64,000 nucleotides of DNA from Alphaproteobacteria bacterium (GTDB taxonomy: Bacteria; Pseudomonadota; Alphaproteobacteria; UBA828), in NCBI GenBank assembly GCA_965214705.1, contig CBDCCI010000002.1, positions 960,001-1,024,000 on the forward strand, read 5' to 3'. Both the position numbers and the translations under genes were made by a program. The notes below the pieces were generated by a model. It ran no database searches. It saw nothing but the letters and a program-made list of their open reading frames with translations, and was not told the origin of the DNA. Positions 53,679 through 62,866 of the stretch are shown in pieces (the stretch's first letter is position 1; each line of letters opens with the position of its first letter).

Positions 53679-56026
53679 CTCTCAACTACCCACTGTTGAG
53701 TCAGTTCCATGTTTGATCATGTCCAGGTCCTTCAAGGCACGGTAGGTGAGGGTGGCGTGTCGCAGGTAGACGTAGCCCTTCCAGAGCAGTTGGGTTCCCG
53801 GCAGGGGCTGCCGTTTTCGTGGATCGAAGCCGGCGAACCTGGCGACATCGATGACGAAGGTGCGGATGTCCGGGGGCTTGTCGGGCGGCGGACGGGCGCG
53901 AACCATGCCGTAGGCCATCAGCCTGATGTAGAGGATGGCGATTTCGTCGTCCGAGACGACGTGGTTGGCCGGGGTGTCCGGCTTGTCGCGCGCGATGCGT
54001 TCGAGATCGAAGACGTGGCAGGCGGTGATGGCATCGAAGGCGACACACTTTCGCAGGTCGTCGGCGTGGTCGAGCTTTCGGTCCTCGACGCGGGTGCCGG
54101 TCTTCAGAACCTTGAAGTACTCCTCGATGGTCCATCGGCGCTCGTACCAGGTGACGACGGTCTGGGCGGTCTCGGCGTCGGCGCTGCCCTCGGTGCTCAG
54201 CAGCAGCCAGTTGAGCGGGTCCTTGCCGGCGGGCGGGTCGGGTTCGGTCGCGGACACGACGAGCATGTCGACCGGCTCCCGGCTCTCGGCGTCGCGCGGT
54301 GGCGCCAGACTGACCCTGGCGGCGCGCAGCTCCAGCGTTGCCGTGCGCCTGGACCGCGCCCGCTTGCCGCCGCAGGCGCCGATCTCCACGGTCTTGCCGG
54401 CAAGGCGCGGGAGAGCGGCGACATGCTCCCACACGCTCTCCTCCTCGCCGCTCTCAAGGATCACCCGCCGCTGTGCCGACCGGCGCGCGCGCACCAGCAG
54501 CGCCGCGCCTTGCGATGCGGCCCTGGTGAGCAACGCCCAGATGTCGCCCTCCCGGTCGCAGACCGTGACCACCCGCGTCGCAGGGCAGGCGCGGGCCAAC
54601 TCCTGCGCCCGCTCGTGCCCGCGCAGCCAGCGTTCACTCTCGATTTCCCTGTCGTCGCCGTCGCGGAAGCTCGCATCAAGGGCGAACACGCCGAGCGGCC
54701 GCCCGGCCGCGTTGAGCGCCAGACCCACATGCGCCACCAGTCCGCACGTGCCCTTGCCGCCGCCGCCCACCCCGACGAGGCCTTCGGTCGCTTTGAGCCC
54801 GTCGTAGTTCAGCGTGGTGGTGTCCTGGATCGCGAGAACGATGTCCTCAAGCTGGCAGCGCTCCACCATCGTTGCCCGGTGCGGCTCCAGGATGTGCTCC
54901 ATGCTCACCTTCCCGCTCGACAGCAGCCGGTAGGCCGCCTTGCGCTCCGGCCGGGCCGGAAAGATCGCCGGGATCGCGGCCCCCGGGCGCTCCAGCCACG
55001 CCCGTCCCATGCGCTCGATCCGATCGCGGACCCGGCCGTCAGGATGCGTGCTGCGCGCATATTCCCGCCCCGCCCAGTCCGTGTCCTCGTCCATGTGCAA
55101 CGCCGGCGCCGCACGGATGTCCCGGGCCGGCTCGGCGCACAAGATGGCCTGCCAATCCGCCGCCAGCGGCTTCATCCACACCGTCCGCGCCGCCCCGGCG
55201 GCGGACCCCGGCGGCTGGCCCGAGGTGTGCTGGGAACAGCACCGCCAGCCCGCCGCCCGGTAGCAGGTGCCGGCATGCTCGGGGCCGACATAGCTGTAGG
55301 CCAGGACCGGCCGCGCCCTGTAGGCCGTCTCCCAGTCCGCCGCCACGCGCCCGGCCGCCAGCTCCAGCACCCGCGAGGCCAGACCGTGGACGCGCACGCC
55401 GGGCAGAAGCAGGAAGCGATGGTTGTTGATCAGGAGCGGCAGGTTCAAAGCCCGCGCGTCCGCCGACCAGCCGATAAAGTCGTCGCGCGCCTTCTGGTGC
55501 CAGCTCGCGGCGCAAAACCCGATGCCGCCGAGGCGGCCGTGAAGCGAGGAACGCACCCAGTAGCGCAGCTGCCCGCCCGGAGCCCGCGCCCAGCCTTGCG
55601 GGTGGTGCGTCGCAATCATCGCTTGCCACAGTTGCCGCTCGGCATCGCCGTCGACCGGCTCCAGTGTCACCGAGCCCAGATCCGCAAGCCGGCAGCGAAG
55701 CGAAAGGTCGGGGTAGGCTTCGATGGGCGCACTCTCGCGACGCCCCCGGCCGAACGCCGCCCGCGCCGCCGGCAGCGCGAGCCCGAGCTTGTCCGCCAGA
55801 ACCGGCAGAGCCTTGCGCGCGGACGCAAGACAGTGCTCGCCCCGATCGCCGGTCCAGTCCTCAAGCGCGCAGAGATCGCGGGCAAGAGAACTGCGAGTGC
55901 GGCCCTCCTCCAGGACCGCCTTGCTCAACCACTCGATCGTGTCGGCGTGAAACTGGTGAAGGCCAACTTGCATGGCACGACATGTAGCCCACACCACTCA
56001 TTGAGTCAACTGTGGACCGGTGTGAG
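53679..56026 (-). mobile_element. IS4-family, IS50/Tn5-like element (2348 bp) encoding a DUF4338-transposase fusion
   Basis: Imperfect 25-bp IRs (CTCTCAACTACCCACTGTTGAGTCA vs reverse complement CTCACACCGGTCCACAGTTGACTCA, 18/25); 9-bp duplication GCCGGGCGC (53670-53678 / 56027-56035). Confidence 0.88.
53682..55973 (-). CDS. DUF4338 (DruA/Mom-like) domain fused to a Tn5-type DDE transposase (763 aa)
   Basis: N-terminal part: GQLRY, ARDDFIGW, INNHRFLLLP, LASRVL, HAGTCYRAAGW. C-terminal part: AAYRLL, IQDTT (D), VCDREGD (D), YERRWTIEEYFKVLK (YREK), PGTQLLWKG. Confidence 0.85.
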   Translation of the reverse strand: MQVGLHQFHADTIEWLSKAVLEEGRTRSSLARDLCALEDWTGDRGEHCLASARKALPVLADKLGLALPAARAAFGRGRRESAPIEAYPDLSLRCRLADLGSVTLEPVDGDAERQLWQAMIATHHPQGWARAPGGQLRYWVRSSLHGRLGGIGFCAASWHQKARDDFIGWSADARALNLPLLINNHRFLLLPGVRVHGLASRVLELAAGRVAADWETAYRARPVLAYSYVGPEHAGTCYRAAGWRCCSQHTSGQPPGSAAGAARTVWMKPLAADWQAILCAEPARDIRAAPALHMDEDTDWAGREYARSTHPDGRVRDRIERMGRAWLERPGAAIPAIFPARPERKAAYRLLSSGKVSMEHILEPHRATMVERCQLEDIVLAIQDTTTLNYDGLKATEGLVGVGGGGKGTCGLVAHVGLALNAAGRPLGVFALDASFRDGDDREIESERWLRGHERAQELARACPATRVVTVCDREGDIWALLTRAASQGAALLVRARRSAQRRVILESGEEESVWEHVAALPRLAGKTVEIGACGGKRARSRRTATLELRAARVSLAPPRDAESREPVDMLVVSATEPDPPAGKDPLNWLLLSTEGSADAETAQTVVTWYERRWTIEEYFKVLKTGTRVEDRKLDHADDLRKCVAFDAITACHVFDLERIARDKPDTPANHVVSDDEIAILYIRLMAYGMVRARPPPDKPPDIRTFVIDVARFAGFDPRKRQPLPGTQLLWKGYVYLRHATLTYRALKDLDMIKHGTDSTVGS

Positions 56027-57302
56027 GCCGGGCGCCGGAGAACGGCCGCGATCTCTGTTCCCAGCCCACCATGAGCCGCCTGGAGAACGCTCCGTCTCGC
56101 ATCGAGGTGGCGCGCATGACGGCCGCCCTGGTCGATCTCTTCTGCCGCTCCTTCTCAGCCCCACCCGCCGCCATCACGCTGGATATCGACGACACCTGCG
56201 ATGCCGTGCACGGGCACCAGCAGCTGTCGCTGTTCAACGCTCATTACGACACCCGCTGCTTCCTCCCCATCCACGTCTATCACGTGGAAAGCGGCAAGCC
56301 GGTGGCGGTCCTCCTGCGCCCCGGCAAGACGCCCTCGGGGATCGAGGTCCGCACCCTCATCAAGCACCTGGTCCGCCGCATCCGCCGCCACTGGCCGCAC
56401 ACTCGGATCGTCTTCCGGGGAGACAGCCACTATGGCCGCGCGCAAGCCATGGCCTGGTGCGAGCAGAACGGCGTCGACTACATCTCCGGCCTCGCGGGCA
56501 ACCGCGCGCTCAACGCCTTGGCCTACGAGGTGGCCGACGATCTCAAGGTCCGCCGCGCCGAGGCCGGCGCGGACAGGATGCGCAGCTTCGCCGCCTTCGC
56601 CTATGCCGCCCGCTCCTGGAGCCGCGAACGCCGGGTCGTGGCTCGGCTGGAGGCGACGACGCGCGGCTTCGATGCCCGCTATGTCGTCACCTCGCTCAAG
56701 GGCGAGCCCCGCCACCTCTACGAAGACATCTACTGCGCCCGCGGCCAGGCCGAAAACCTGATCAAGATGCACAAGGGCCAGCTCGCCTCGGACCGCACCT
56801 CCTGCCAGAGCCCGCTCGCCAACCAGCTCAGGCTGGTGCTCCACACCGCAGCCTACTGGCTGATGCTCGCGCTCCGCGACGCCATTCCCCGCACAGCGCC
56901 GCTCGCCCGCGCCGAGTTTGCAACCCTCAGGCTGCGCCTCCTCAAGATCGGCGCCCGCGTCATCGAGAAGGCCACCCGCGTCCGCATCCACTTCGCCTCG
57001 GCCTGCCCGGACGCCGCTCTCTTCCGACTGCTCGCAGGCCGCCTCGCCGCAGCAGGCCCCTGAGCGCCGGGGCGATGTGCCCCGACAACCCAGGCTCGTT
57101 CAACCCTCAACCCAATAGCGACCCATCCTCAGATCCCGGCGCCAAACCGCGTCAGGCCACGACGCGACCCCTCAGCCGAGCCTCATGTGCAAGGCTCTCC
57201 ATGAATAGGTCGGGCTAGTCGCGCGCCGGCCCTGGGCAGCTTTGCCCGCGCGCAGATGGCAGGCGAGACTAAGCGCGCGGCTCATTCGAGGGGGAGAGAA
57301 GG

Positions 57303-58898
57303 ATGGCGTGGGATTACATCATCGTCGGCGCGGGCTCGGCCGGATGCGTGCTGGCGCATCGGCTCTCCGCCAAGCCGGGGAACAAGGTCCTGCTGCTGGA
57401 AGGCGGTGGCAACGATACGTCCCCGCTCGTTCGGATCCCCGCCGGCGAGATCAAGGCCATCCTCAACCCCCGCTTCAACTGGATGTACATGAGCGAGCCC
57501 GACCCCACGCTCAACGGGCGCGACGCCATGTGGCCGGGCGGCAAGGTGCTCGGCGGGTCGAGCTCCATCAACGGCATGATCTACCTGCGCGGCCAGCACG
57601 AGGACTACGACGACTGGGCCCGCCTGGTCGGCAACACCGGCGCGTGGAGCTACCGGGACGTGCTGCCCTACTTCAAGCGCATGGAGACCAACCCCTTGGG
57701 CCCCAGCGAGTATCACGGCGACAGCGGCCCGCTCATCGTTTCCGACGTGCCGACGCCCCATCCGCTGGTCCGCGTCTTCATCGAGGCGGCCAAGGAGCTC
57801 GGCATCCCCTTCAACCCGGACGTGAACGGCGAGCGTCAGGAAGGCGCCGGCCCCCATCAGGGGACGATCCGCTTCGGCCGCCGCAACAGCTCGGCCCGCG
57901 CGTATCTGAGGCCGGTGATGGGCAGGCCTAATCTCAGCGTCGAGACCGAGGCGCGGGTGGACAAGGTGCTGTTCGAGGAGGGCCGCGCCAGCACCGTCGT
58001 CTACACCCGAGGCGGTGCGACGCGCGAGGCAAGGGCGGACGGCGAGATCATCCTCTCCGCCGGCGCCATCGCCTCGCCGGCGATCCTGCTGCGCTCAGGC
58101 ATCGGGCCCGCAGCCGATCTCTCCGATTTCGGCATCGCCGTGGTCGCCGATTCACCGGGGGTGGGCCACAACCTGCAGGAGCATCCGGTCGCCTGGGTGG
58201 CCGGTTACGTCGACATCAGCACCTACAATACCGAGGTCACGGCCGCCGGCTGGGTGAAGCACGGCCTCAACTGGCTGCTGCGCGGCAAGGGGCCGGCGGC
58301 GAGCCCCATCTCCCAGGCGGTGGCCTTCGTCCGCACCCGGCCGGACGAGGAGGACCGCCCGGACATCCAGCTCCACTTCACGCCGACCGGCTACGAGTTC
58401 GGCCCGGACGGGATCAGGCTGCTGGACCGCCCCGGAGTCACCATTCCGGCCAACGTCTGCCGGCCCAAGAGCCGCAGCAGGCTTACGCTTCGCTCGGCCG
58501 ACCCCAACGAGCCGCCGCGCATCTTCTCGAAGCTGCTCGACGACGAGGATGACGTCAGGCGCATGGTCGACGGCTGCAAAGTCTCACGCGGCATCTTCGA
58601 GAGCGCGGCCTTCAAGCCGCACTTCCAGGGCTTGTTCCTGCCCGCGCCGGACGTCCGGAGCGACGACGAACTCGAAGCCTACGTCCGGCAGTACACGCTG
58701 CCGGCCTATCATCCCGTCGGCACCTGCAAGATGGGCATCGACGACATGGCGGTGGTCGACCCGGAGCTCCGGGTCCGGGGCGTGAAGGGGCTCCGCGTGA
58801 TCGACGCCTCGATCATGCCGATCGTGCCGAGCGCCAATACCAACGCGCCGTCCATCATGGTCGGCGAGAAGGGCTCGGACCTGGTGCTGGGCGGCTAA
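57303..58898 (+). CDS. GMC oxidoreductase (choline dehydrogenase-like)
   Basis: [28 protein letters not shown] and ANTNAP motifs. Confidence 0.92.
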   Translation: MAWDYIIVGAGSAGCVLAHRLSAKPGNKVLLLEGGGNDTSPLVRIPAGEIKAILNPRFNWMYMSEPDPTLNGRDAMWPGGKVLGGSSSINGMIYLRGQHEDYDDWARLVGNTGAWSYRDVLPYFKRMETNPLGPSEYHGDSGPLIVSDVPTPHPLVRVFIEAAKELGIPFNPDVNGERQEGAGPHQGTIRFGRRNSSARAYLRPVMGRPNLSVETEARVDKVLFEEGRASTVVYTRGGATREARADGEIILSAGAIASPAILLRSGIGPAADLSDFGIAVVADSPGVGHNLQEHPVAWVAGYVDISTYNTEVTAAGWVKHGLNWLLRGKGPAASPISQAVAFVRTRPDEEDRPDIQLHFTPTGYEFGPDGIRLLDRPGVTIPANVCRPKSRSRLTLRSADPNEPPRIFSKLLDDEDDVRRMVDGCKVSRGIFESAAFKPHFQGLFLPAPDVRSDDELEAYVRQYTLPAYHPVGTCKMGIDDMAVVDPELRVRGVKGLRVIDASIMPIVPSANTNAPSIMVGEKGSDLVLGG

Positions 58899-59782
58899 AC
58901 GGCCTGTACGATCCGGGCCGGATCGCCGATGTCGAGGGTGGTGACGCGGCGCATCTCCCGCCGGTGCCGGGTGTCCTCGAACGGACGCGCGCGGTGCATC
59001 GTGGCGCGGTTGTCCCAGATCACGAAGTCTCCCCTTCGCCACGAGTGCCGGTAGACGAGCTCGGGCGCTGTCGCGTGCTCCATGAGGTCGCGGAGCAGGA
59101 GCCGGCCGTCCGGGATCGGCCGATCGAGGATTCGCGATGCGTGCGAGGCGAGGTAGAGGGAGCGCCGCCCGGTGCGTGGGTTCTGCAGCACCAGCGGCTG
59201 GATGGCCCCCTTGAGCCGGTCGCTCTCCTCCTGCGAGAAGTCGAAGCCGAGCGTGATGCGCGAATAGGCGATCGAATGGTGCACGCGGAGGCCTTCGAGC
59301 TTCGCCTTCGTCTCCTCGGCCAGCGCCTCGTAGGCGGCCCGCATGTCCGCGAACTCCGTGTCTGCCGCGACCGGCGGCAGTGCGACGGCGGCGAGCATCG
59401 AATAGCGGCCGCGCGGGTCCTGAAACGACGCGTCGGTGTGCCAGAGGCGGTTCGCGAGGCCGTACAGGCGCTTCCGGCTGTCCGATTCCAGGACCTCGCC
59501 GCTCGCATCGACGTTCGAGACATCGGTGATGGCCTCGTCGCCGAAGCGGCTCTTCTGCAGGACGCTGATGCCGGTCTTGCGGTGGAGCTCGCCGTCGAGC
59601 CGGACGGCGAAGTCGCGCTGCTCCTCGCTGGAGAACGCCTGGTTCCGGAATACCAGCACCGCGTGCTCGTCCATGCCGGCCCGGATCCGCTCCAGGGTCT
59701 CCTCGTCGTGCACGGCGCGGAGATCGAGCGCGCTCACCTCGGCGGCGAAGAGCGGGTGGAGCTTGCGGAACTCGAGTGTCAT
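58895..59782 (-). CDS. TauD/TfdA family Fe(II)/2-oxoglutarate dioxygenase
   Basis: WHTD, TEFADMRAAY and WDNRATMHR motifs. Confidence 0.92.
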   Translation of the reverse strand: MTLEFRKLHPLFAAEVSALDLRAVHDEETLERIRAGMDEHAVLVFRNQAFSSEEQRDFAVRLDGELHRKTGISVLQKSRFGDEAITDVSNVDASGEVLESDSRKRLYGLANRLWHTDASFQDPRGRYSMLAAVALPPVAADTEFADMRAAYEALAEETKAKLEGLRVHHSIAYSRITLGFDFSQEESDRLKGAIQPLVLQNPRTGRRSLYLASHASRILDRPIPDGRLLLRDLMEHATAPELVYRHSWRRGDFVIWDNRATMHRARPFEDTRHRREMRRVTTLDIGDPARIVQAV

Positions 59783-60702
59783 CGGGTCTCACCTGACTGT
59801 GGACCGGTCTCGATGGGGAGGGCGGGGTCTTGCGCCCAATCGCCCATCGACCCGTCGTAGAGGGTGAGGTCAGTGTAGCCGAGTTGGTGGAGGAGGAAGA
59901 GGCCAACGGTGGCGGAGATGCCGCCGCCGCAATAGGCGACGACGTGGCGGTCCGGGGTAATCCCGGCTTCCTCGTGGAGCCGCTCTGCCTCGTCCAACGG
60001 CACGAAAGCCCCGTTCGACGGATCGAGCAGCGTCGCGGCAGGCACGTTGACGCTCCCCGGAATCCGTCCCGGCCGTCCGTAGCGGCTCGGACCTTCACCG
60101 AGATGGAACTCGGGTGCGAGCGCGTTCACCGCGACGGTGTCGGCATCGCCGAGCCGTGAGAGCACGTAGTCGCTGTCTACGAACCGGCCGGGAAGGCGCG
60201 TCGCGGTGAAGCGCGCCGGCGGGTACCGGCCCGGCGTGGAGGAGACGGGGCGCCCCTCCGCCTGCCACTTCTCCCAGCCGCCATCGAGCACCGCCGCCCG
60301 ATCGAAGCCGAAGGCGCGCAGCATCCACCAGACCCGCGTCGCCCACATGATGCTGCCGGCGGAATAGAGCACGACGCGGGAGTCGTCGCCGATACCAAGC
60401 CCGCCCATAGCCTCTGCGAAGCGCTCGGCCGACGGCGCCATGAACTTGAGCCGCGTGTCCGGGTCGGAAATCGTTCCCTGGATATCGAGGAAGACGGCGC
60501 CGGGGATATGCGCCGCGTAGTACTCGGCCCGGCCCGGAAGGACACGGTAGGGGGCGTCGTCGCCTGGCTCGGCCGGCTTGAGCCACGTGGTGCAGTCCAC
60601 GATGCGAAGCTCGGGCGCACCGAGGCTCGCCTCGAGCGCGGCAGTCTCGATGAGCGCCTCCGGCTCGCGCCATTGCGAGAGGTCGGCTCGGCCATCGGTC
60701 AT
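59779..60702 (-). CDS. Tandem-rhodanese sulfurtransferase
   Basis: HIPGA, RVWW, LDGG, active-site YCGGG and LYDGS motifs. Confidence 0.9.
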   Translation of the reverse strand: MTDGRADLSQWREPEALIETAALEASLGAPELRIVDCTTWLKPAEPGDDAPYRVLPGRAEYYAAHIPGAVFLDIQGTISDPDTRLKFMAPSAERFAEAMGGLGIGDDSRVVLYSAGSIMWATRVWWMLRAFGFDRAAVLDGGWEKWQAEGRPVSSTPGRYPPARFTATRLPGRFVDSDYVLSRLGDADTVAVNALAPEFHLGEGPSRYGRPGRIPGSVNVPAATLLDPSNGAFVPLDEAERLHEEAGITPDRHVVAYCGGGISATVGLFLLHQLGYTDLTLYDGSMGDWAQDPALPIETGPQSGETR

Positions 60703-60734
60703 CGACGGTCTCCCTTGTCTTCTGGTTGGCGCAA

Positions 60735-61508
60735 CTACCCCGGCGGCAGTCCGGCGGTGAGCCCGCCGTCGATCATGAGCGCCGTGCCGGTGACCCAGCG
60801 GGCCTCGTCGGAGGCGAGATAGAGGAACGCCGACGCGATCTCGTCAGGCTGGCCCATGCGGCCCAAGGGGTGGGCGGCATTGACCGCCGCCCGGCTCGCC
60901 GCCGGGTCGTCCTGCGCGTCGACATATTCCTGCACCATCGGCGTCTCGACGAAACCGGGGCAGACGCAGTTCGCGCGGATGCCGTGGGCGGCGCCGTCGA
61001 GGGCCATGCACTTGGTTAGCATCACCACCCCCGCCTTGGCGGCGGAATAGCCGTGTTGACCGGCCATGCCGATGACACCGGCGACCGACGCTGTGTTCAG
61101 GATGGTCCCGCCCCCGGCTTCTACGAAGCGGGGCCATATGGCCCGGCTGGCCCGGTAGATGCTCGACAGGTCGAGGTCGATGACGCGATCCCATTCGTCG
61201 GCGGCGAGGGTCTCGACGGTGCCGATTGTCGGAATCGCGGCATTGTTCACGAGGATATCGACGCCTCCCAGCGTCTCCCACGCGCGCTCCGTCATGGCGG
61301 CGACGGAGGCGTCGTCTCCCACGTCAGCGGTGAGACCGACGGCCGTTCCTCCCTGGGCGCGGATCGAGTCCGCGTGGTTGTCTGCGCCGGTGCCGTTGAG
61401 ATCGGCGATCGCGACAGCCGCGCCCTCCGCCGCGAAGCGCTCTGCGGTCGCGGCGCCGATACCCGAAGCAGCGCTGGTCACCAGCGCGCGTTTGCCTGCC
61501 AAACGCAT
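60735..61508 (-). CDS. Short-chain dehydrogenase/reductase
   Basis: TSAASGIG, NNAA, YSAAK and DGG motifs. Confidence 0.9.
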   Translation of the reverse strand: MRLAGKRALVTSAASGIGAATAERFAAEGAAVAIADLNGTGADNHADSIRAQGGTAVGLTADVGDDASVAAMTERAWETLGGVDILVNNAAIPTIGTVETLAADEWDRVIDLDLSSIYRASRAIWPRFVEAGGGTILNTASVAGVIGMAGQHGYSAAKAGVVMLTKCMALDGAAHGIRANCVCPGFVETPMVQEYVDAQDDPAASRAAVNAAHPLGRMGQPDEIASAFLYLASDEARWVTGTALMIDGGLTAGLPPG

Positions 61509-61530
61509 CGACGCCTCCCTTTCGATCCGT

Positions 61531-62715
61531 CTACCAGAGCCGCTCGGTGGCGAGCGCGGCGCCCTCCGCAAGCATGCGTAGCTTGGCCCACGCCACGTCG
61601 TCGGCCACGAACTGGTAGCTCGCGAAGGTGCTGAAGCCGCAATCGGTGCCGGCGATCACGCGGTGCTTGTCGCCCATCACCTCGGCATAGAGGCAGATGC
61701 GATCGGCCACCACCTCCGGGTGCTCCAGATAGTTGGTGGTCACGTCGATCACGCCGGGGATCAGGATCATGGGCTCGGGCGGCGGGTTCGCCTTGAGCAC
61801 CTTCCACTCGTGCTGATGGCGCGGATTGGAGCAGGCGAGGCTGAGCGCGCCGACCTTGGCCTCGTAGAGCAGCGGCAGCAGCGGCGCGAGGTCGCAGTCG
61901 TCGATGTGGGGGCCGTCCCAGTTGCCGAAGCAGACGTGGAGGCGGCTCTTCTCCGCCGGGATGTCGGCGACGGCCACGTTGAGCGCCCTGATATGCAGTT
62001 CCACCCGCTCCAAGAACTCGTCGAGCGGGCGGTCCTGGAACATGAATTGGCGCTCCATGGCGAGGTCCGGGGCGTCGATCTGCAGCAGGTGACCCGAGGC
62101 GACGATCGCGTCGTACTCCTTCTTGAGCTCGTGGCCGAGCGCCATGACGTAGTCCTCGTCGCGCGGATAGTCGGGATTGTCTTCGGCCCGCAGCATGGTG
62201 GTGGAGACGATGCCGGGCGAGGCGGCGGTGACGAACGTCTCGGCGAAGCTTCCGGCGGAGCGTTCGAGCGACGCCGCGAAGTGGTCGAGCTCGAAGGTCA
62301 CGTCGGCAAGATCGGGCTCGTACTCGACGGCGGTCTGCGCCTGCGGCGCGTTCCAGACCTTCGGCCGCTCCTTGTCCCGGCTCCAGGTACGCTCGCTGAA
62401 CATCTGCGCGTAGCCAGGGAACTTGACCATATCGGTGAGCATCTTGCGCTGGGATTCGCCGCCGAAGCCCGACATGCGCTGCGGCACGTAGGTCTGGAAG
62501 CCGACGCGGGACTCCTCACCGTCGTTGCCGATATCGACGCCGCTCTCCATCTGCTTGGCGACGACCCAGTCGATTCCGTTGGCGACTGCCTGCGCGAAGG
62601 CCGTCTGGTCGATGGCCTCGCCCCGCTCGCGCTTGATGAGCAGCGTCTCAAGGGTCGGCGGGCGGGGCAGGCTGCCGGCGTGGGTGGTGAGCATGCGGTC
62701 TTCGCTGGTCAACAT
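61531..62715 (-). CDS. Cobalamin-independent methionine synthase II / epoxyalkane:CoM transferase family protein
   Basis: TTHAGSLPRP, LQIDAPDL, HVCFGN, NPRHQHEW and DCGF motifs. Confidence 0.85.
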   Translation of the reverse strand: MLTSEDRMLTTHAGSLPRPPTLETLLIKRERGEAIDQTAFAQAVANGIDWVVAKQMESGVDIGNDGEESRVGFQTYVPQRMSGFGGESQRKMLTDMVKFPGYAQMFSERTWSRDKERPKVWNAPQAQTAVEYEPDLADVTFELDHFAASLERSAGSFAETFVTAASPGIVSTTMLRAEDNPDYPRDEDYVMALGHELKKEYDAIVASGHLLQIDAPDLAMERQFMFQDRPLDEFLERVELHIRALNVAVADIPAEKSRLHVCFGNWDGPHIDDCDLAPLLPLLYEAKVGALSLACSNPRHQHEWKVLKANPPPEPMILIPGVIDVTTNYLEHPEVVADRICLYAEVMGDKHRVIAGTDCGFSTFASYQFVADDVAWAKLRMLAEGAALATERLW

Positions 62716-62866
62716 GGGTGCGCCTCCCGTCGGTTCCGCCACGTCTGCGGAGTGTCGCGGGCCGCTGGCGGGGACGCAACCGGCACATTCCCGTTCATTC
62801 CGCCCTTGCGGCCGCGCGCGAATTCTTTCTAATGGACCGCTCTCCAGGTGTGCGAAGGGGGCGAGG

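Larger units (their letters stand above)
51202..57063 (+). pseudogene. IS1380-family transposase split in three pieces (51202-51488, 53653-53678, 56036-57063)
   Basis: Pieces sum to 1341 nt and read FDGGLISSDGG...GYEDADD...LRADPL|FKLASGRA|PENGRDLCSQPTMSRLEN...LDIDDT...RGDS...YCARGQAENLIK. Confidence 0.9.
49738..57214 (+). mobile_element. IS1380-family element carrying three nested ISs (1613 bp when restored)
   Basis: IRs CCCGGATTATTCATGG and CCCGACCTATTCATGG (reverse complement; 13/16 match); CTAG duplicated at 49734-49737 and 57215-57218. Confidence 0.9.

Noticed and set aside
53668-56036. Apparent 12-bp target duplication AGGCCGGGCGCC
   Set aside because: The best IR alignment puts the ends at 53679 and 56026, leaving a 9-bp duplication typical of IS50/Tn5; the extra matches are IR bases.
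53709-57218. 1169-aa plus-strand ORF across the IS50-like element and IS1380
   Set aside because: Composite of an antisense frame and an off-frame reading; no domain signal.
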